A DNA stretch of 64,000 bases from Squalus acanthias (taxonomy: Eukaryota), in assembly GCA_030390025.1 (NCBI GenBank), contig JASTWF010000244.1:310001-374000 (forward strand), given 5' to 3'. Both the position numbers and the translations under genes were made by a program. Positions 39,901-49,475 of this stretch are shown one piece after another (the stretch's first letter is position 1; every line of letters starts with the position of its first letter). Below the pieces are notes generated by a model. That model saw nothing but the letters and a program-made list of their open reading frames with translations. It did no database searches and was not told where the DNA came from.

Positions 39901-42900
39901 AAAACTGATCCCAACTCATCGCCAAGGCTGGGGATAGATAACCTCACCGCCTTCTTAGGAAGTTTAACCACTTTATTCACTTGCTCATTTGAGTTCCGTT
40001 TATAATTAGGACTTTTTCTTTGTTGTATATTTAATGACAGCGTTGAAGAGGCAAAGAGAAACTTGGAGCAACTTCTTCTGTCAAAGCTGCAACGAGACTT
40101 GAAAGAATTTAAAGACTTTTAATGAACTTTTTTTAAAAAAAGTGTTAAAAACACTTTTTTTCCCCCCTATGTTTCGAATGTGATTTTGGAAGAAACAGAA
40201 ACAAAAATCAATTTTCCCCTCATCTCAGCAAGTTTCAACCAGGTCTTCAAGTCCAAATGCTTTTAAAGAGGGTCTGAAATGCTTAAAACTTTTTTAAATT
40301 GAAATTTCTCAGTATTTTATTTTGAACGATCGACAGAAGTGAGTAGCTTTCCACAAACATGCTGTTGAGGAGGGTGAGGGCATGGGAGGATTTGTAGGAG
40401 TTACAGATTATATTTTTTTTAAAGTCAATAAAAAGTGTGGTAACACAATACAGCTTCCTGTGACTCGAACTTTATTGCATCACTTCCTGTAATTAGTCCA
40501 GGATAAATACCGGACTGATCAGTTGGATCCTGGAGAGGCACAGAGTAAGACCTCTTTTGTATGTAGCACCTTTTTAGTTGATTAAAGCTTACTTTAAGTT
40601 CACCACGCGTAAGGCTCATTCTTACGACAATTTAATCAACTTTGAAAAACTTCGCACTCAAACTTTTTGGACGAACTCGGAACTAAGGATCCAGGGAATC
40701 ACCCATCATGGAAAACATCCTTAAACCATCGCGTCTTGACTTGGACCCAAACACCCCAGCAGCCGGTAAGGTGTGGAAACACTGGTATCGCACGTTTGAC
40801 AATTTTCTCGAATATTGCAAGGCTGATGATGACTCAAAGTTGCGGATACTCATCAACTGTGTCACCCCGAATGTATTTCAGTATGTCGAGGAATGGGGCA
40901 GTTACGAGGAGGCAATTCGGACGCTTAAAAGACTATATACTAAGACACCGAATGAGGTCTATGCCAGACATCTACTAGCTACAGCCCAACAAGGGCCGGA
41001 GGAATCCATTGATAAATTCCTCCAAGAGCTTCGCAGACTTAGTATGGACTGTAACTTTCAGGCGGCCTCAGCTGAGCTGTACCGTGAAGAAATGATCCGT
41101 GATGCTTTCATCTGCGGGCTTGCCTCCCCATTTATACGCCAGCGTCTACTGGAAAGTAAGACACTTGAGCTTCAGAGAGCTTATGACATGGCTTGCTCTC
41201 TAGATCTGGCAAAAAGAAATGCAGACCTTTATACAGTGCCCAGACCTCGGTCTGCTGCCTTAACTACAGTCAGGCAATTTAAGAGGCCACAGGTGAACTC
41301 TATTAGGGAGGACTTTATCCCTGACGATCAATCTGATGACTTCACTGATGAAGAGGATGATGACCCCACTGTGGCAGCCTCTTGGCAATCTAAGAAATGC
41401 TTCTTTTGTGGTGATGAGTTTCACCCTCGGAAATTCTGCCCTGCTCGCAATGCGTTTTGCAGTCATTGCAACAAAAAGGGTCATTTTGCAAAGGTTTGCC
41501 TATCAAGAGCCTCTACGAGGGCTTATCAAGCTAAGTCCTACCGAACTGCCCCGGTAAGGGCCTATCAAGATGTTCCGGCTAAAATCTATCGTGCTTCCTC
41601 TCGGGTTTTCTCTCGAAGAAACACACCTAGAGTTTCAGCCACTCTTTGTGCAACGACACCAATTACAGCTGCTTGTCCTCAGAACCTATTCCATGCAGCT
41701 ACAAAAGCATCAATTAATGGACATACTTTAGATGCCTTAATTGACTCAGGTAGCACTGATAGTTTCATTAGGGAACAGATTGTTGCAGAGTTAAAGCTAC
41801 ATGTTTTCCCATCGGACCAGGCAATTGCGATGGCTCAGTCATCACTTAATACCAGAATTTCTGGCTTTTGTATGGTTGAAATAACACTTAATGGTCACAG
41901 GTATCCCTCCACCCGGCTTTCGGTGCTCAAGGACTTATGTAGTGATCTTATCTTAGGGCTGGATTTTCAAAAGCAGCATAAGAAGCTCACCATTGAGTTC
42001 GGCGGATCCAAACCTGAACTCACTATTTCTAATATACGACCTCGATTACCGTTCTGTGCATTGTCAGCAGCTTCACTGGATGAACCCTCACTGTTTACCA
42101 GTATCCCTCCTCGATGCAAACCGATTATAACAAAGTCACGACGTTTCAGTCAGGAAGACCAGTCTTTTATTGCGGCTGAGATTTCTCGGCTTTTAGCAGA
42201 GGATATCATCGAGCCTTGTTCGTCGCCATGGCGCGCCCAGGTCGTTATTGTTAAGAACCCTCTACAACCTCACAAGAAACGGCTGTGCATTGACTATTCA
42301 CAGACCATCAATCAATATACGGACTTGGACGCATACCCATTGCCACGCATCGATGATATGGTTAATAAACTGGCTGAGTACACGGTGTTCTCAACATATG
42401 ATCTGAAAAGTGCCTATCATCAGGTACCCTTGAAGGTCTCAGACAAGCAGTATACGGCCTTTGAAGCCAATGGACGGCTGTATCAATTTCATCGCCTCCC
42501 CTTTGGGGTCACTAATGGAGTGGCTGTCTTCCAGCGAGCAATGGATGACCTGGTCAAACAGGAAGACTTGAAGGATACGTTTCCTTATCTGGACAATATT
42601 ACTGTCGCAGGTCGCAATCAGCGGGAACATGACGCCAATCTCCAACGATTTTGGGATGCACTCCAGCACCGTAATTTGACATTAAATGCGGCTAAATCCA
42701 TTGAGTCACAACCAACCATCAACATCCTTGGCTATTGTGTGGGCAATGGCATCATTAAACCTGACCCTGAAAGGCTTCGCCCACTCCAAGAACTCCCGCC
42801 ACCTAAGAATCCGGCCTCCTTGCGCCGGGCCCTCGGCCTGTTTGCATACTATGCTAAATGGATTCCTAACTTCTCGGACCGAATCCAACCTCTACTGAAG

Positions 42901-45900
42901 GCCAGCACATTCCCACTAGACACAGCGGCTGTTGCAGCCTTTAACCTCCTGAAAAAACAGTTGGAGAAAGCGGCTCTTCACTCCATCGATGAGAGTCTTC
43001 CTTTTGTTGTTGAGTGTGATGCCTCGGAGGTGGCGATCTCGGCCACTCTGAATCAGGAAGGTCGTCCGGTGGCATTTTTGTCCAGGACTTTTCAAGGGGC
43101 TGAGCTACATTATCCTCCAGTCGAGAAAGAAGCTACAGCCATCATAGAGGCAGTACGGAAGTGGAGTCATCTCCTAGCTCGCCAGCACTTTACCTTAATC
43201 ACGGACCAGCGATCGGTCGCCTTCATGCTCGATAATCGAAAACGGACCAAAATTAAAAATAATAAAATCCAGCTTTGGCGGCTGGAATTGGCCTCTTTTG
43301 GTTACACCATCCACTATCGACCTGGCAAGGAGAATGTGGCTCCGGATACCCTCACACGAGCATTCTGCTCCGCCATGGCACCCTCTACGCTCGTAGACAT
43401 CCATGATGGGTTGTGTCATCCGGGCGTTACTCGCATGCTACACTTTGTGCGGTCCCGAAATCTCCCATTCTCTACCGGGGATGTAAAGAAGATGTGCTCG
43501 GACTGCAGAGTCTGTGCGGAATTGAAACCTCAGTTTTTCCGCCCCTCGGGTGGTATACTCATACATGCGACCCAGCCAATGCAACGGCTTAGCATCGATT
43601 TTAAGGGGCCGTTGCCCTCTTCAACTCGCAACACTTATCTATTGACCATGGTCGATGAGTATTCCCGTTTTCCGTTTGCCTTTCCCTGCCCCAATATGCT
43701 GACGACCACGGTTATCAGCTGCCTTGAGCAGGTATTTGCTTTCTGTGGCATGGCATCCTATGTTCATTCGGATCGGGGCCCTTCTTTTATGTCAGGAGAA
43801 CTCAAGGCCTATCTCTCGGAACGGGGTATTGCTGCCAGCAGAACGACGCCTTATCATCCGGTCGGGAATGGACAAGTCGAGCGTTTTAACGCTATCATCT
43901 GGAATGCGGTACGTCTGGCTTTGTGATCTCGGGGCCTACCCAACCAGCAATGGGAAGCAGTACTTCCAGACGCATTACACTCCACACGGTCCCTCCTTTC
44001 GACCGCCACAAATACGACGCCTCATGAACGGTTCTTCCGATTTCAGCGTCGCTCATCCTATGGGATATCTCTCCCGTCGTGGCTGACTGCACCGGGACCA
44101 GTGCTACTCCGAAGATATGTCCGGGCGTCTAAGAATGACCCCCTGGTAGATGAGGTTGAGCTCACTGACGTCAACCCTACCTACGCCTATATTCGGTATC
44201 CTGACGGTCGGGAATCTACCGTGTCATTGCGGGATCTGGCTCCCTGCCCGCTGAAACATAGAGGGACACCAGGGGATGATATTGTACCAGGCACATCTCT
44301 GGGCTCGCCAGGTGCCTCTCATCACGATCTGGATCTGACGCCGGCTGGTACCTCACTCCAGCGTGCCGACCTGGGGCAGACTATGAGCCCGTCGGGGCTC
44401 GCACGCGCAGCCACGATCCACCCCGTACCGTACGCTCGGAAACGGATCTGCCACAGCCCTGCCCGACACCCGTTCGGGCACCAGTACAGAGTCAGGATCG
44501 TCCTGACCCCTCACAGAGCGGGCTGGATCACTCGGACTCTGGTCCACGGCCCGCGGCGGGTAAACGGGCTAGGGGCCCTCTACCGCTACGAGAACCCAAA
44601 CGGGTGCGGCTCTCCCTCGTCCAGCGGCTACGAAATGGAGGGAGCATCCCGGCCTCCTAATCTTTTGGGGGGGGAGAATGTGGTAACACAATACAGCTTC
44701 CTGTGACTCGAACTTTATTGCATCACTTCCTGTAATTAGTCCAGGATAAATACCGGACTGATCAGTTGGATCCTGGAGAGGCATAGAGTAAGACCTCTTT
44801 TGTATGTAGCACCTTTTTAGTTGATTAAAGCTTACTTTAAGTTCACCACGCGTAAGGCTCATTCTTACGACAAAAAGTATTAAGATGTTTAGGAAGAGAT
44901 CCAAAAAGGGGGAAAAAACACAAACCATTTTATTTTGTCTGTTGTTCTATCGTCCTAACAAGTCCCAGGAATAATATAACTATAGATTTCCTCTTAAACG
45001 TTTAGTGGAGTGTTAATGGAAACACGAGTTATGTAATGATGTATAAAAATTGCAGGAAGCTACTTTAGAAGAAACTACTATTTGTTTATTGAGAAAGGCA
45101 CAGAAAATACTTGGATTAAACTGATAATGTACAATTTCAATTTGGTTTTAATGTTTGAAATTGGAGATTAAAAATTGAGGGTATAATGAAATTTGCTTCC
45201 CACTCTTTAATTGCGAAGTACCTAAAATAATTCAACACTTTTCGTGATAAGAGCAGGGATTAATATTGTGGAGAATGTTTGAGAGAAAAACATTAGAAGC
45301 AAAATTCGTAAATTAACATCTTTACGTCAACATATCAGCTCACCTTGGGCTTTTGGATTGTTTGTCGATGCATAACCGTGTAACTGAGTGACGTTTCTGA
45401 AGTGTTAATGCAATATTATGCAGTTCTTTTATATCCCAGTCATTTCTAATAAGTCATTTACTTTTTAAATAGAGTTTGTACGATGAACTAAAAGCTTTTA
45501 ATTAATTCTACCATAAACAAACTTGCAGAATGGGCATGTAAATGACATGAATTTCAATATAGGTAAGTGTGAGGTGATGCATTTTGGTAGGAGGAATAAG
45601 GAGGCGACCTACTCCTTGGAAAATAAGAGTCTGAATGGAGTAGAGGTGCAAAGGAATCTAGGGGTATAGATTCACAAATCATTAAAAGTAGCAACGCAGG
45701 TTAAAAAAACCATAAAATTGCAAATAAAGCACTGAGGCTCATTTCTACATGAATAGAATTTAAAAGCAGAGAAGTTATGTTAAACTTGTATAGAACCTTG
45801 TCTGATTGTCTCATGATTTGAGACGGTGGGGTGGCAATATAGCATTAAGTGTATATAGATTTTAAGCAGTTGCTGCTGTTGTTGTAAAAGTTGCTGTTTT

Positions 45901-47042
45901 AAAAATTTTCTCACGGACAAAAAGGTCGCAGTCAAAGGAGTTCACAAAAAAAAGAGGGAATATTGCTCAGAGGGTTTTTAAAAAAAATATTCATTCTCAA
46001 GATGCGTCACTGGCAAGGCTGACATTTATTGCCTATTTCTTCTTGCCTTGATACGGTGGTGGTGGGCCTTCTTACTGAACTACTAATGGTAATTTGATAC
46101 GATTAATGGCTTGCACTTCAGAGGGCAGTTAAGAACCAACCACGTTAAGTGTTGTACTGGACTCGCTTCTAGACCACATTGGGACAGGTTTCCTTCCTTA
46201 AAAGGACATTAGTAAAGATTTTTACCACAATCTTCATGGTCACTTTTGCAGATACCAGCTTTTTATTACAATATTTTTTTAAAAAAAACGTTTTTATTAC
46301 TAAAGAATAATCTGAATTTAATGTTTTTTGAAACGGAAACTAAACAATGAAGTTTGTTTCCCACTCTTTAATTGCGAAGTACCTAAAATAATTCAACACT
46401 TTTCGTGATAAGAGCAGGGATTAATATTGTGGAGAATGTTTGAGAGAAAAACATTGGGAGCGAGGGTCATGAGTCTTTGGAACTCTCTTCCTCAGAGGGC
46501 GGTGGAAGCGGAGTCTTTGAATATTTTTAAGGCAGAGGTAGATAGATTCTTGGTAAGCAAGGGGGTGAAAAGTTATCCGGGGGTAGGCGGGAATGTGGAG
46601 TAATCAGATCAGCTATGATCTTATTGAATGGCAGAGCAGGCTCGAAGGGCTGAGTGGCCTGCTCCTAGTTCGGATGTAAATGCGGAATGGGTGGGGCTGG
46701 ACTCATGGTACAAAGTATAATTTTCTAAACTTAATTTTTTCCCCCACACAGAACTAGATATACCGTCAGCCTTTCACTTACAAGAACTGGCAATAAAACA
46801 CACACAAAAGGTTGCTTAAAATATACAATTCCTGAGACTGACTCTGGAAAAGAAACTTCTCGTTTGTTGAGACTCCATTTTGTCAGCCCAAGTTTTTAAA
46901 AGAAACATAATTTACACTGGAGAATTTGGAGGACTAAGCGCTGCGATGTTTCTTTACCTGCGGGACAGACGAGCCACACCGCGAGCAGAGCCCACACCAG
47001 GGTCCCGGGACCCCGCAACCCTCCGCAACCTCGAGCCGTCAT
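3878..47042 (-). CDS. NCR3LG1: Multi-exon B7-H6 (NCR3LG1)-like IgSF gene: SP-IgV-IgC1-TM-6xIgC1-Tyr motif; 3' end not found, probably outside the window
   Basis: Eleven exons with canonical AG/GT boundaries, all phase-1 introns, 2995 coding nt in one open frame. The V and first C1 domains match B7-H6 motifs as I recall them (GDASLxLPxxQxxExGEYxCxVxVTP; GFYP..WEK..TGxxIxNxDGTFNVxS..YxCVxxHxSL). Joining the post-TM exons to the same transcript is an inference. Confidence 0.75.
4224..4535 (-). CDS. Exon 10, post-TM C1-set Ig domain D6 (B-strand Cys replaced by Ile)
   Basis: ALSPALSVIKADP..LSITLTSYAPAEVQVKWFKNG..DDLFSSVVS..IRCEVLH; 312 nt. Confidence 0.88.
5240..5382 (+). mobile_element. Penelope-like terminal repeat fragment
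   Basis: ctgacgaagg..cctgaaacgt..gatgctgcctgacctgctgagtatttccagcattttctg; same family at 9312-9440, 36598-36681 and 57893-57965. Confidence 0.65.
5682..5993 (-). CDS. Exon 9, post-TM C1-set Ig domain D5 (F-strand Cys replaced by Phe)
   Basis: GIPSVEDIKIDPP..LICDISNFRPQNIRAFW..NGCYRLSSRL..DFSFHVEHDNL; 312 nt. Confidence 0.9.
6156..6845. mobile_element. Harbinger-type MITE
   Basis: Imperfect TIRs ggggaatattaa / ttaaaaattctggcc around a GC-rich body. Confidence 0.5.
7361..7681 (-). CDS. Exon 8, post-TM C1-set Ig domain D4 (F-strand Cys replaced by Met)
   Basis: VSMPKVTEIKADP..LSCKAKGFFPEDHQIFWFK..GLYSRFS..EFKMQILH; 321 nt. Confidence 0.9.
9312..9902 (-). mobile_element. Penelope-like retroelement 3' fragment (GIY-YIG C-terminus)
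   Basis: The minus strand encodes PVACHFNSPLHSHSDLTVLGLLHCSTEAQRKLEQQHLIFRLGTLQPSGLNIEFNNFRS*; 10-bp TSD ttttaagctg. Confidence 0.8.
10262..11106 (+). mobile_element. Non-autonomous Harbinger derivative retaining the Myb/SANT-like exon 1
   Basis: TIRs with CTG TSD; METRQRAAPRFNDASLEVLV..WLEIAEEV..RKRFKDL followed by a GT donor. Confidence 0.8.
11316..11627 (-). CDS. Exon 7, post-TM C1-set Ig domain D3
   Basis: ATPKLDPI..LNCRIHSFYPSEITVTWLKNG..DGLYYLTSSV..YTCQVEHESL; 312 nt. Confidence 0.92.
12087..12467 (-). CDS. Exon 6, post-TM C1-set Ig domain D2
   Basis: VPPKISNIVVP..LACPINGFKPRPLSITW..DKTYSITSVL..FICKVQHEC; 381 nt. Confidence 0.9.
12729..13169 (-). CDS. Exon 5, post-TM C1-set Ig domain D1 (long insertion; lacks F-strand Cys and C-strand Trp)
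   Basis: ATPKITEFNIP..IRCQITGFRPQGI..NSDGTSNLKC..ELTIEVQHKTL..; 441 nt open, AG/GT boundaries. Confidence 0.85.
13286..14055. mobile_element. Harbinger-type MITE (same family as 33586-34362)
   Basis: TIRs ggcctgtattttccgatc / gatcggaaaatacgggcc; AT-rich core. Confidence 0.8.
14074..14778. mobile_element. Harbinger-type MITE
   Basis: TIRs ggcaggagtttcc / ggaaactccaggcc; CAG flanks. Confidence 0.65.
14804..14973. mobile_element. Penelope-like terminal fragment with inverted duplication
   Basis: About 53-bp near-perfect inverted repeat; 13-bp TSD taacaccattatg at 14791-14803 and 14974-14986. Confidence 0.7.
15141..15254 (-). CDS. NCR3LG1: Exon 4, transmembrane helix plus basic stop-transfer segment
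   Basis: EPVKSSAAGAVAGSIIGTLLFCALLFLAGFYAYRKLKK; tttcag acceptor, gtaatg donor, 114 nt, phase 1-1. Confidence 0.88.
15445..18960 (+). mobile_element. Old Harbinger-like element interrupted by an L2 LINE
   Basis: TIR-like ggcctagaaattt; decayed Myb-like frame (..QCHKKLNDLT) and acidic exon remnants; right end approximate. Confidence 0.45.
16400..17108 (-). mobile_element. L2-type LINE 3' fragment
   Basis: (aac)n tail; frame ..GHAFSCQGPKLWNSLP..SSFKMLLKTYL. Confidence 0.8.
20682..22584 (+). pseudogene. Harbinger Myb/SANT-like DNA-binding protein (3 exons, frameshifted)
   Basis: SDTALEALVQE..WEQIAVEVNA..RTWMQ..KFHGL | EKVSHNRRQQQLTGGG (21194-21353) | exon 3 from 21505. Confidence 0.8.
22758..23855 (-). 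pseudogene. Harbinger (HARBI1-family) DDE transposase, disrupted
   Basis: AINFYASGSFQ, AIDCTNV, YPGSSCDAFIL, LLGDQGYPLTTWLMTP, KQTIGVLKQRFRCL; stop codon and frameshifts. Confidence 0.88.
24250..25465 (+). mobile_element. CR1 LINE ORF2 internal fragment, degenerate
   Basis: YESKLARNIKTDCKSFYKYVKSKR; VPVDWKVANVTLLFKKG..NYRPVSLTS. Confidence 0.8.
25762..26082 (-). CDS. NCR3LG1: Exon 3, extracellular IgC1 domain
   Basis: AQPVVHL..VRCDVTGFYP..IWEK..SDGTFNVSS..KYRCVMKHRSL; both Cys and the Trp present; NVS sequon; 321 nt. Confidence 0.92.
26560..26820 (+). repeat. Purine-rich minisatellite (about 19-20 nt, GCGAGGAGAAAGGGGGG)
   Basis: Roughly ten imperfect tandem units with G6-G9 runs. Confidence 0.85.
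27991..28332 (-). CDS. NCR3LG1: Exon 2, IgV domain of B7-H6-like protein
   Basis: EALDVNIF..SLECKV..VQWLF..GDASLHLPNVQFNEEGEYTCTVFVTP..; ttag acceptor, gtaagt donor, 342 nt. Confidence 0.92.
29041..30805. mobile_element. Internally deleted Harbinger element
   Basis: Myb-like exon (RFSHDSLHMLMEGV..WLHIAQEV..KPFNDL) on +; short transposase-like remnant on - (30031-30271); TIR-like ends. Confidence 0.7.
31245..32869 (-). mobile_element. CR1/L2-group LINE, 5'-truncated RT
   Basis: NYRPISL, FDIKAAFD, GVPQGSVLGP, FADD motifs; 41-bp TSD at 31204-31244 and 32870-32910. Confidence 0.88.
33310..34690 (-). mobile_element. L2 LINE fragment split by a MITE
   Basis: LINE sequence ccaaagacaat|ggctttggt rejoins across the insertion; GVS*RS..HAAPW..SSED remnant of the RT. 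Confidence 0.65.
33586..34362. mobile_element. Harbinger-type MITE
   Basis: TIRs ggggcagaaattcggg / cccgaatttcttgccc; AAT TSD. Confidence 0.85.
36682..37428 (+). mobile_element. L2 LINE 3' fragment
   Basis: NLGVISDPEMSFQPHI..AETLIHAFVTS; (gtt)n tail. Confidence 0.82.
37949..38303. mobile_element. GC-rich Harbinger-type MITE
   Basis: TIRs ggccccgaaatt / aatttcgccc; CAT TSD. Confidence 0.7.
38636..39510 (+). repeat. (GA)n / GAGACTGGGG compound repeat
   Basis: Direct observation; includes the N gap. Confidence 0.9.
38678..38815. other. Assembly gap (138 N)
   Basis: Run of n. Confidence 0.99.
40436..40629 (+). repeat. Gypsy 5' LTR
   Basis: tgtggtaac...cttacgaca. Confidence 0.95.
40708..44706 (+). 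pseudogene. Gypsy gag-pol single ORF with an in-frame TGA at 43924-43926
   Basis: Two CCHC knuckles, protease LIDSGS, RT (LPFG..YLDN), RNase H (CDAS..EKEA..TD), integrase HHCC and D,D-E. The frame continues past the stop into the integrase C-terminus. Confidence 0.92.
44679..44872 (+). repeat. Gypsy 3' LTR
   Basis: Direct repeat of 40436-40629. Confidence 0.95.
45185..46455 (+). repeat. 110-bp direct repeat pair (45185-45294 and 46346-46455)
   Basis: Near-identical copies with two mismatches near the 5' end. Confidence 0.9.
46958..47042 (-). CDS. NCR3LG1: Exon 1, signal peptide (MTARGCGGLRGPGTLVWALLAVWLVCPA)
   Basis: ATG at 47042, hydrophobic core LVWALLAVWLV, small residue at -1, G|GTAAAG phase-1 donor, locally CpG-rich. 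Joins the V exon in frame. Confidence 0.8.
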
Positions 47043-47108
47043 TTGGAGATATTAGAATCCGAATATACCCACAGCAACCATTTTGTAAAATTAAAAAAGC
47101 GCAACTTT

Positions 47109-47123
47109 ACTTTCAGTTTCGTT
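47109..47123 (-). promoter_or_regulatory. ISRE / IRF element upstream of the ATG
   Basis: The minus strand reads AACGAAACTGAAAGT, matching GAAANNGAAA, about 70 nt upstream of the start codon. Confidence 0.6.
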
Positions 47124-47689
47124 CAAGTTTTGTTGATCACATGGTTCCCCCAGATAAACTGTTGCAACTTTTTAATAAGTTATATTTGTCGCCAAGGTGG
47201 GGTCTGCAGCCGACCCACAACAGCAACCGTAAAATATTCTTGATGGTGAATATATACATTGTTTTATATTCAATTCAACAAAGATGTTTCGGGGACGGAG
47301 GCTGAACCAACGCCCTTATTCCTGTGATGGACTCCTGCCAAATAGGGCTGCACCGACTGACACCACTATTCCTGGCCAGAATGGCAAATTAATTCGTAAT
47401 TCCCCCGTCAATCGCACTGCTGTAAGTCCAGCAGCTCTCAGTCTCGACCTTATCTGTGCCAAAACAAACTTATGGCCAGGGTCAACATCAGCCGCAAAGG
47501 AGCCGCATGACATAACACTGGATTTCCATCTTCTATTTACAATGATGACATTTATCATATTTCTTATCTGTCCATCAAGTGACAGCCAAATCCATTTTTT
47601 TGTGTCTTTCTTTGAGAGAAAGAAGGGTGTGTTTGCCACCATCAGAACTAGAATCCTTGAAAAAGGACAAGACACCTGGATTATAATTG

Positions 47690-48590
47690 GAGAGTTATTC
47701 CGGGCGGATGAGGGACATACGGTGAAAGTGATGCAAAGGCTCTTTAACAAAATGTGATAATAACAGCAAGTATCTGAAGACTGGGAAAGGCGATAATAAT
47801 ACCAAAGTAGGCAAGGAGAGATGCGAGTGAATGCAGCAATTACAGAGGAATCAGCTTACTGAGTATACCCAGAAGAGTATTTACTATAGGCACTGCAGAT
47901 GAGAATGAAAAGATACGTGATGCGGAGATGCCGGAGATACGTAGAAGTGGTACTGCATGAAGAACAAACTGGTTTTAGACCAGGATGAAGTTCAATAGAT
48001 CAACTGTTTGTGATAAGACAGATTTTGGAGAAATTTATGGAACACAACATCCATTGTTACAACTTCATAAATTTTAAGCAGGCCGTTGTCAGTGTATGGC
48101 GATAAGAAATATGGCAGGTCTTGAGGATGTATAGTCAGACTGACAGAAAACATCTATAATAAGTCCCTGAAAGCTGTTAGCGTGGATAGGAAACTAACGG
48201 AATGGTTCAGATCTACAGTCGGGGTGAGATAAGGATGCACACAGTCGCCTGATTTATTTAATCTAGTACTAGAAGCAGTAATGAATCTTGCACTAAATTA
48301 TGATATTGGAGGACTCTCCTTGTCTGGCAAGATTTTAAACAATCTCAGATTTGCTGATGACGTTGATCTTACAGCAACATGTAAAACAGATTTTCAGAGA
48401 CTAACTGTTAAGGTCTATGTGGAGAGTAGAAGATTTTGATTACAGATTAACAAAGATAAGACAAAGGTCATGTAATTAGGGAAGCATCAGGAAGATACAC
48501 ACATTACAGTTGGAAGGGATGCAGTTGAACAGGTGAAAAAGTTTGTATACCTTGGTGGGTTAATGGCAGAGAATGGGAGTTGTGAAGACA
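47690..48590 (+). mobile_element. RTE-clade LINE RT fragment, degenerate
   Basis: EEQTGFRPG, DQLFVIRQILEK, GVR*GC..SPDLFNLVLE, LRFADDV. Confidence 0.75.
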
Positions 48591-48594
48591 ATAA

Positions 48595-49475
48595 GAACAA
48601 CTTGCATTTATATAGCACCTTTAATGTAGTAAAACGTCCCAAGGCGCTTCACAGAAGCATTATCAAACAAAGTTGATACAGAGCCACATACGGCAATATT
48701 GGCCCATAATTTGCGTTCGCCGCTGACCCCGAAGAAAGCTGCCCACAAAGATCTTGCAATCTCCGTGGCGAGAAGTTTGCCTTTATCGATGTGCAATTGA
48801 GATCAGTGTAGCGTAGTGGGATCTGCTGTGATGTCAACAAGCTGTCTAAGCGGTCAATTACAATACAGAATTCTCACAGACAGGGAAGCAGTAAGTGAAG
48901 AAGTGCTTTTATTCTGACTTTTTAAAAATGTTATAGAGAGCAATACAAAGACTGGGGCTCTCACATGGGGAAATGATAAACCGGAAATAAATATGAAAAA
49001 ACTTTTTAAAAGTCTGAAGTTGCGGTCAGTTTCAAAGGGGTAATAACGGTGAACGCTGACAGTTCGCCGTCATTACCCACCACAAATTCCCGGCCGTTAT
49101 GACAGTTCAAAGAGGTAGGTTTTAAAGAGCGTCTTAAAGGAGAAGAGCTAGAGAGGCAGAAAGATTTATGGAAAGAATGCCAGTGCTTAGGGCCTAGGCA
49201 GCTGAAGGCACGGCCGCCAGTGGTGGAGCCCAATCGGGGATGCGCAAGAGGCCAGAATTGGAGGAGCGCAGAGATCTCAGAGGGTTGTAGGGCTGAAGGA
49301 GGTTACAGAGATAGGGAGGACCAAGGCCATGGAGGGATTTGAAAACAAGGATGAGAATGTTAAAATCGAGGCTTGCTGAATCGGGAGCCAATGCAGGTCA
49401 GCGAGCACAGGGGTAATGGGTGAATGGGACTCTGATCAAGTTAGGATACGGACAGCAGAGTTTTGGATGAGCTCC
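48595..49475 (-). mobile_element. L2 LINE 3' fragment split by a MITE (about 48701-49096)
   Basis: L2 tail and GRAFSCLGP frame; MITE TIRs ggcccataatttg / caaattcccggcc. Confidence 0.7.

Larger units (their letters stand above)
40436..44872 (+). mobile_element. Full-length Ty3/Gypsy LTR retrotransposon, recent insertion in intron 1 (antisense to the gene)
   Basis: 194-bp LTRs (TG..CA) differing at one visible base; 5-bp TSD AAAAG; PPT ggggggggagaa at 44667-44678; gag-PR-RT-RH-IN order. Confidence 0.97.

Noticed and set aside
46880-47757. 141-157 aa ORFs overlapping the promoter region
   Set aside because: No recognisable domains; they overlap or are antisense to the real signal-peptide exon and promoter.
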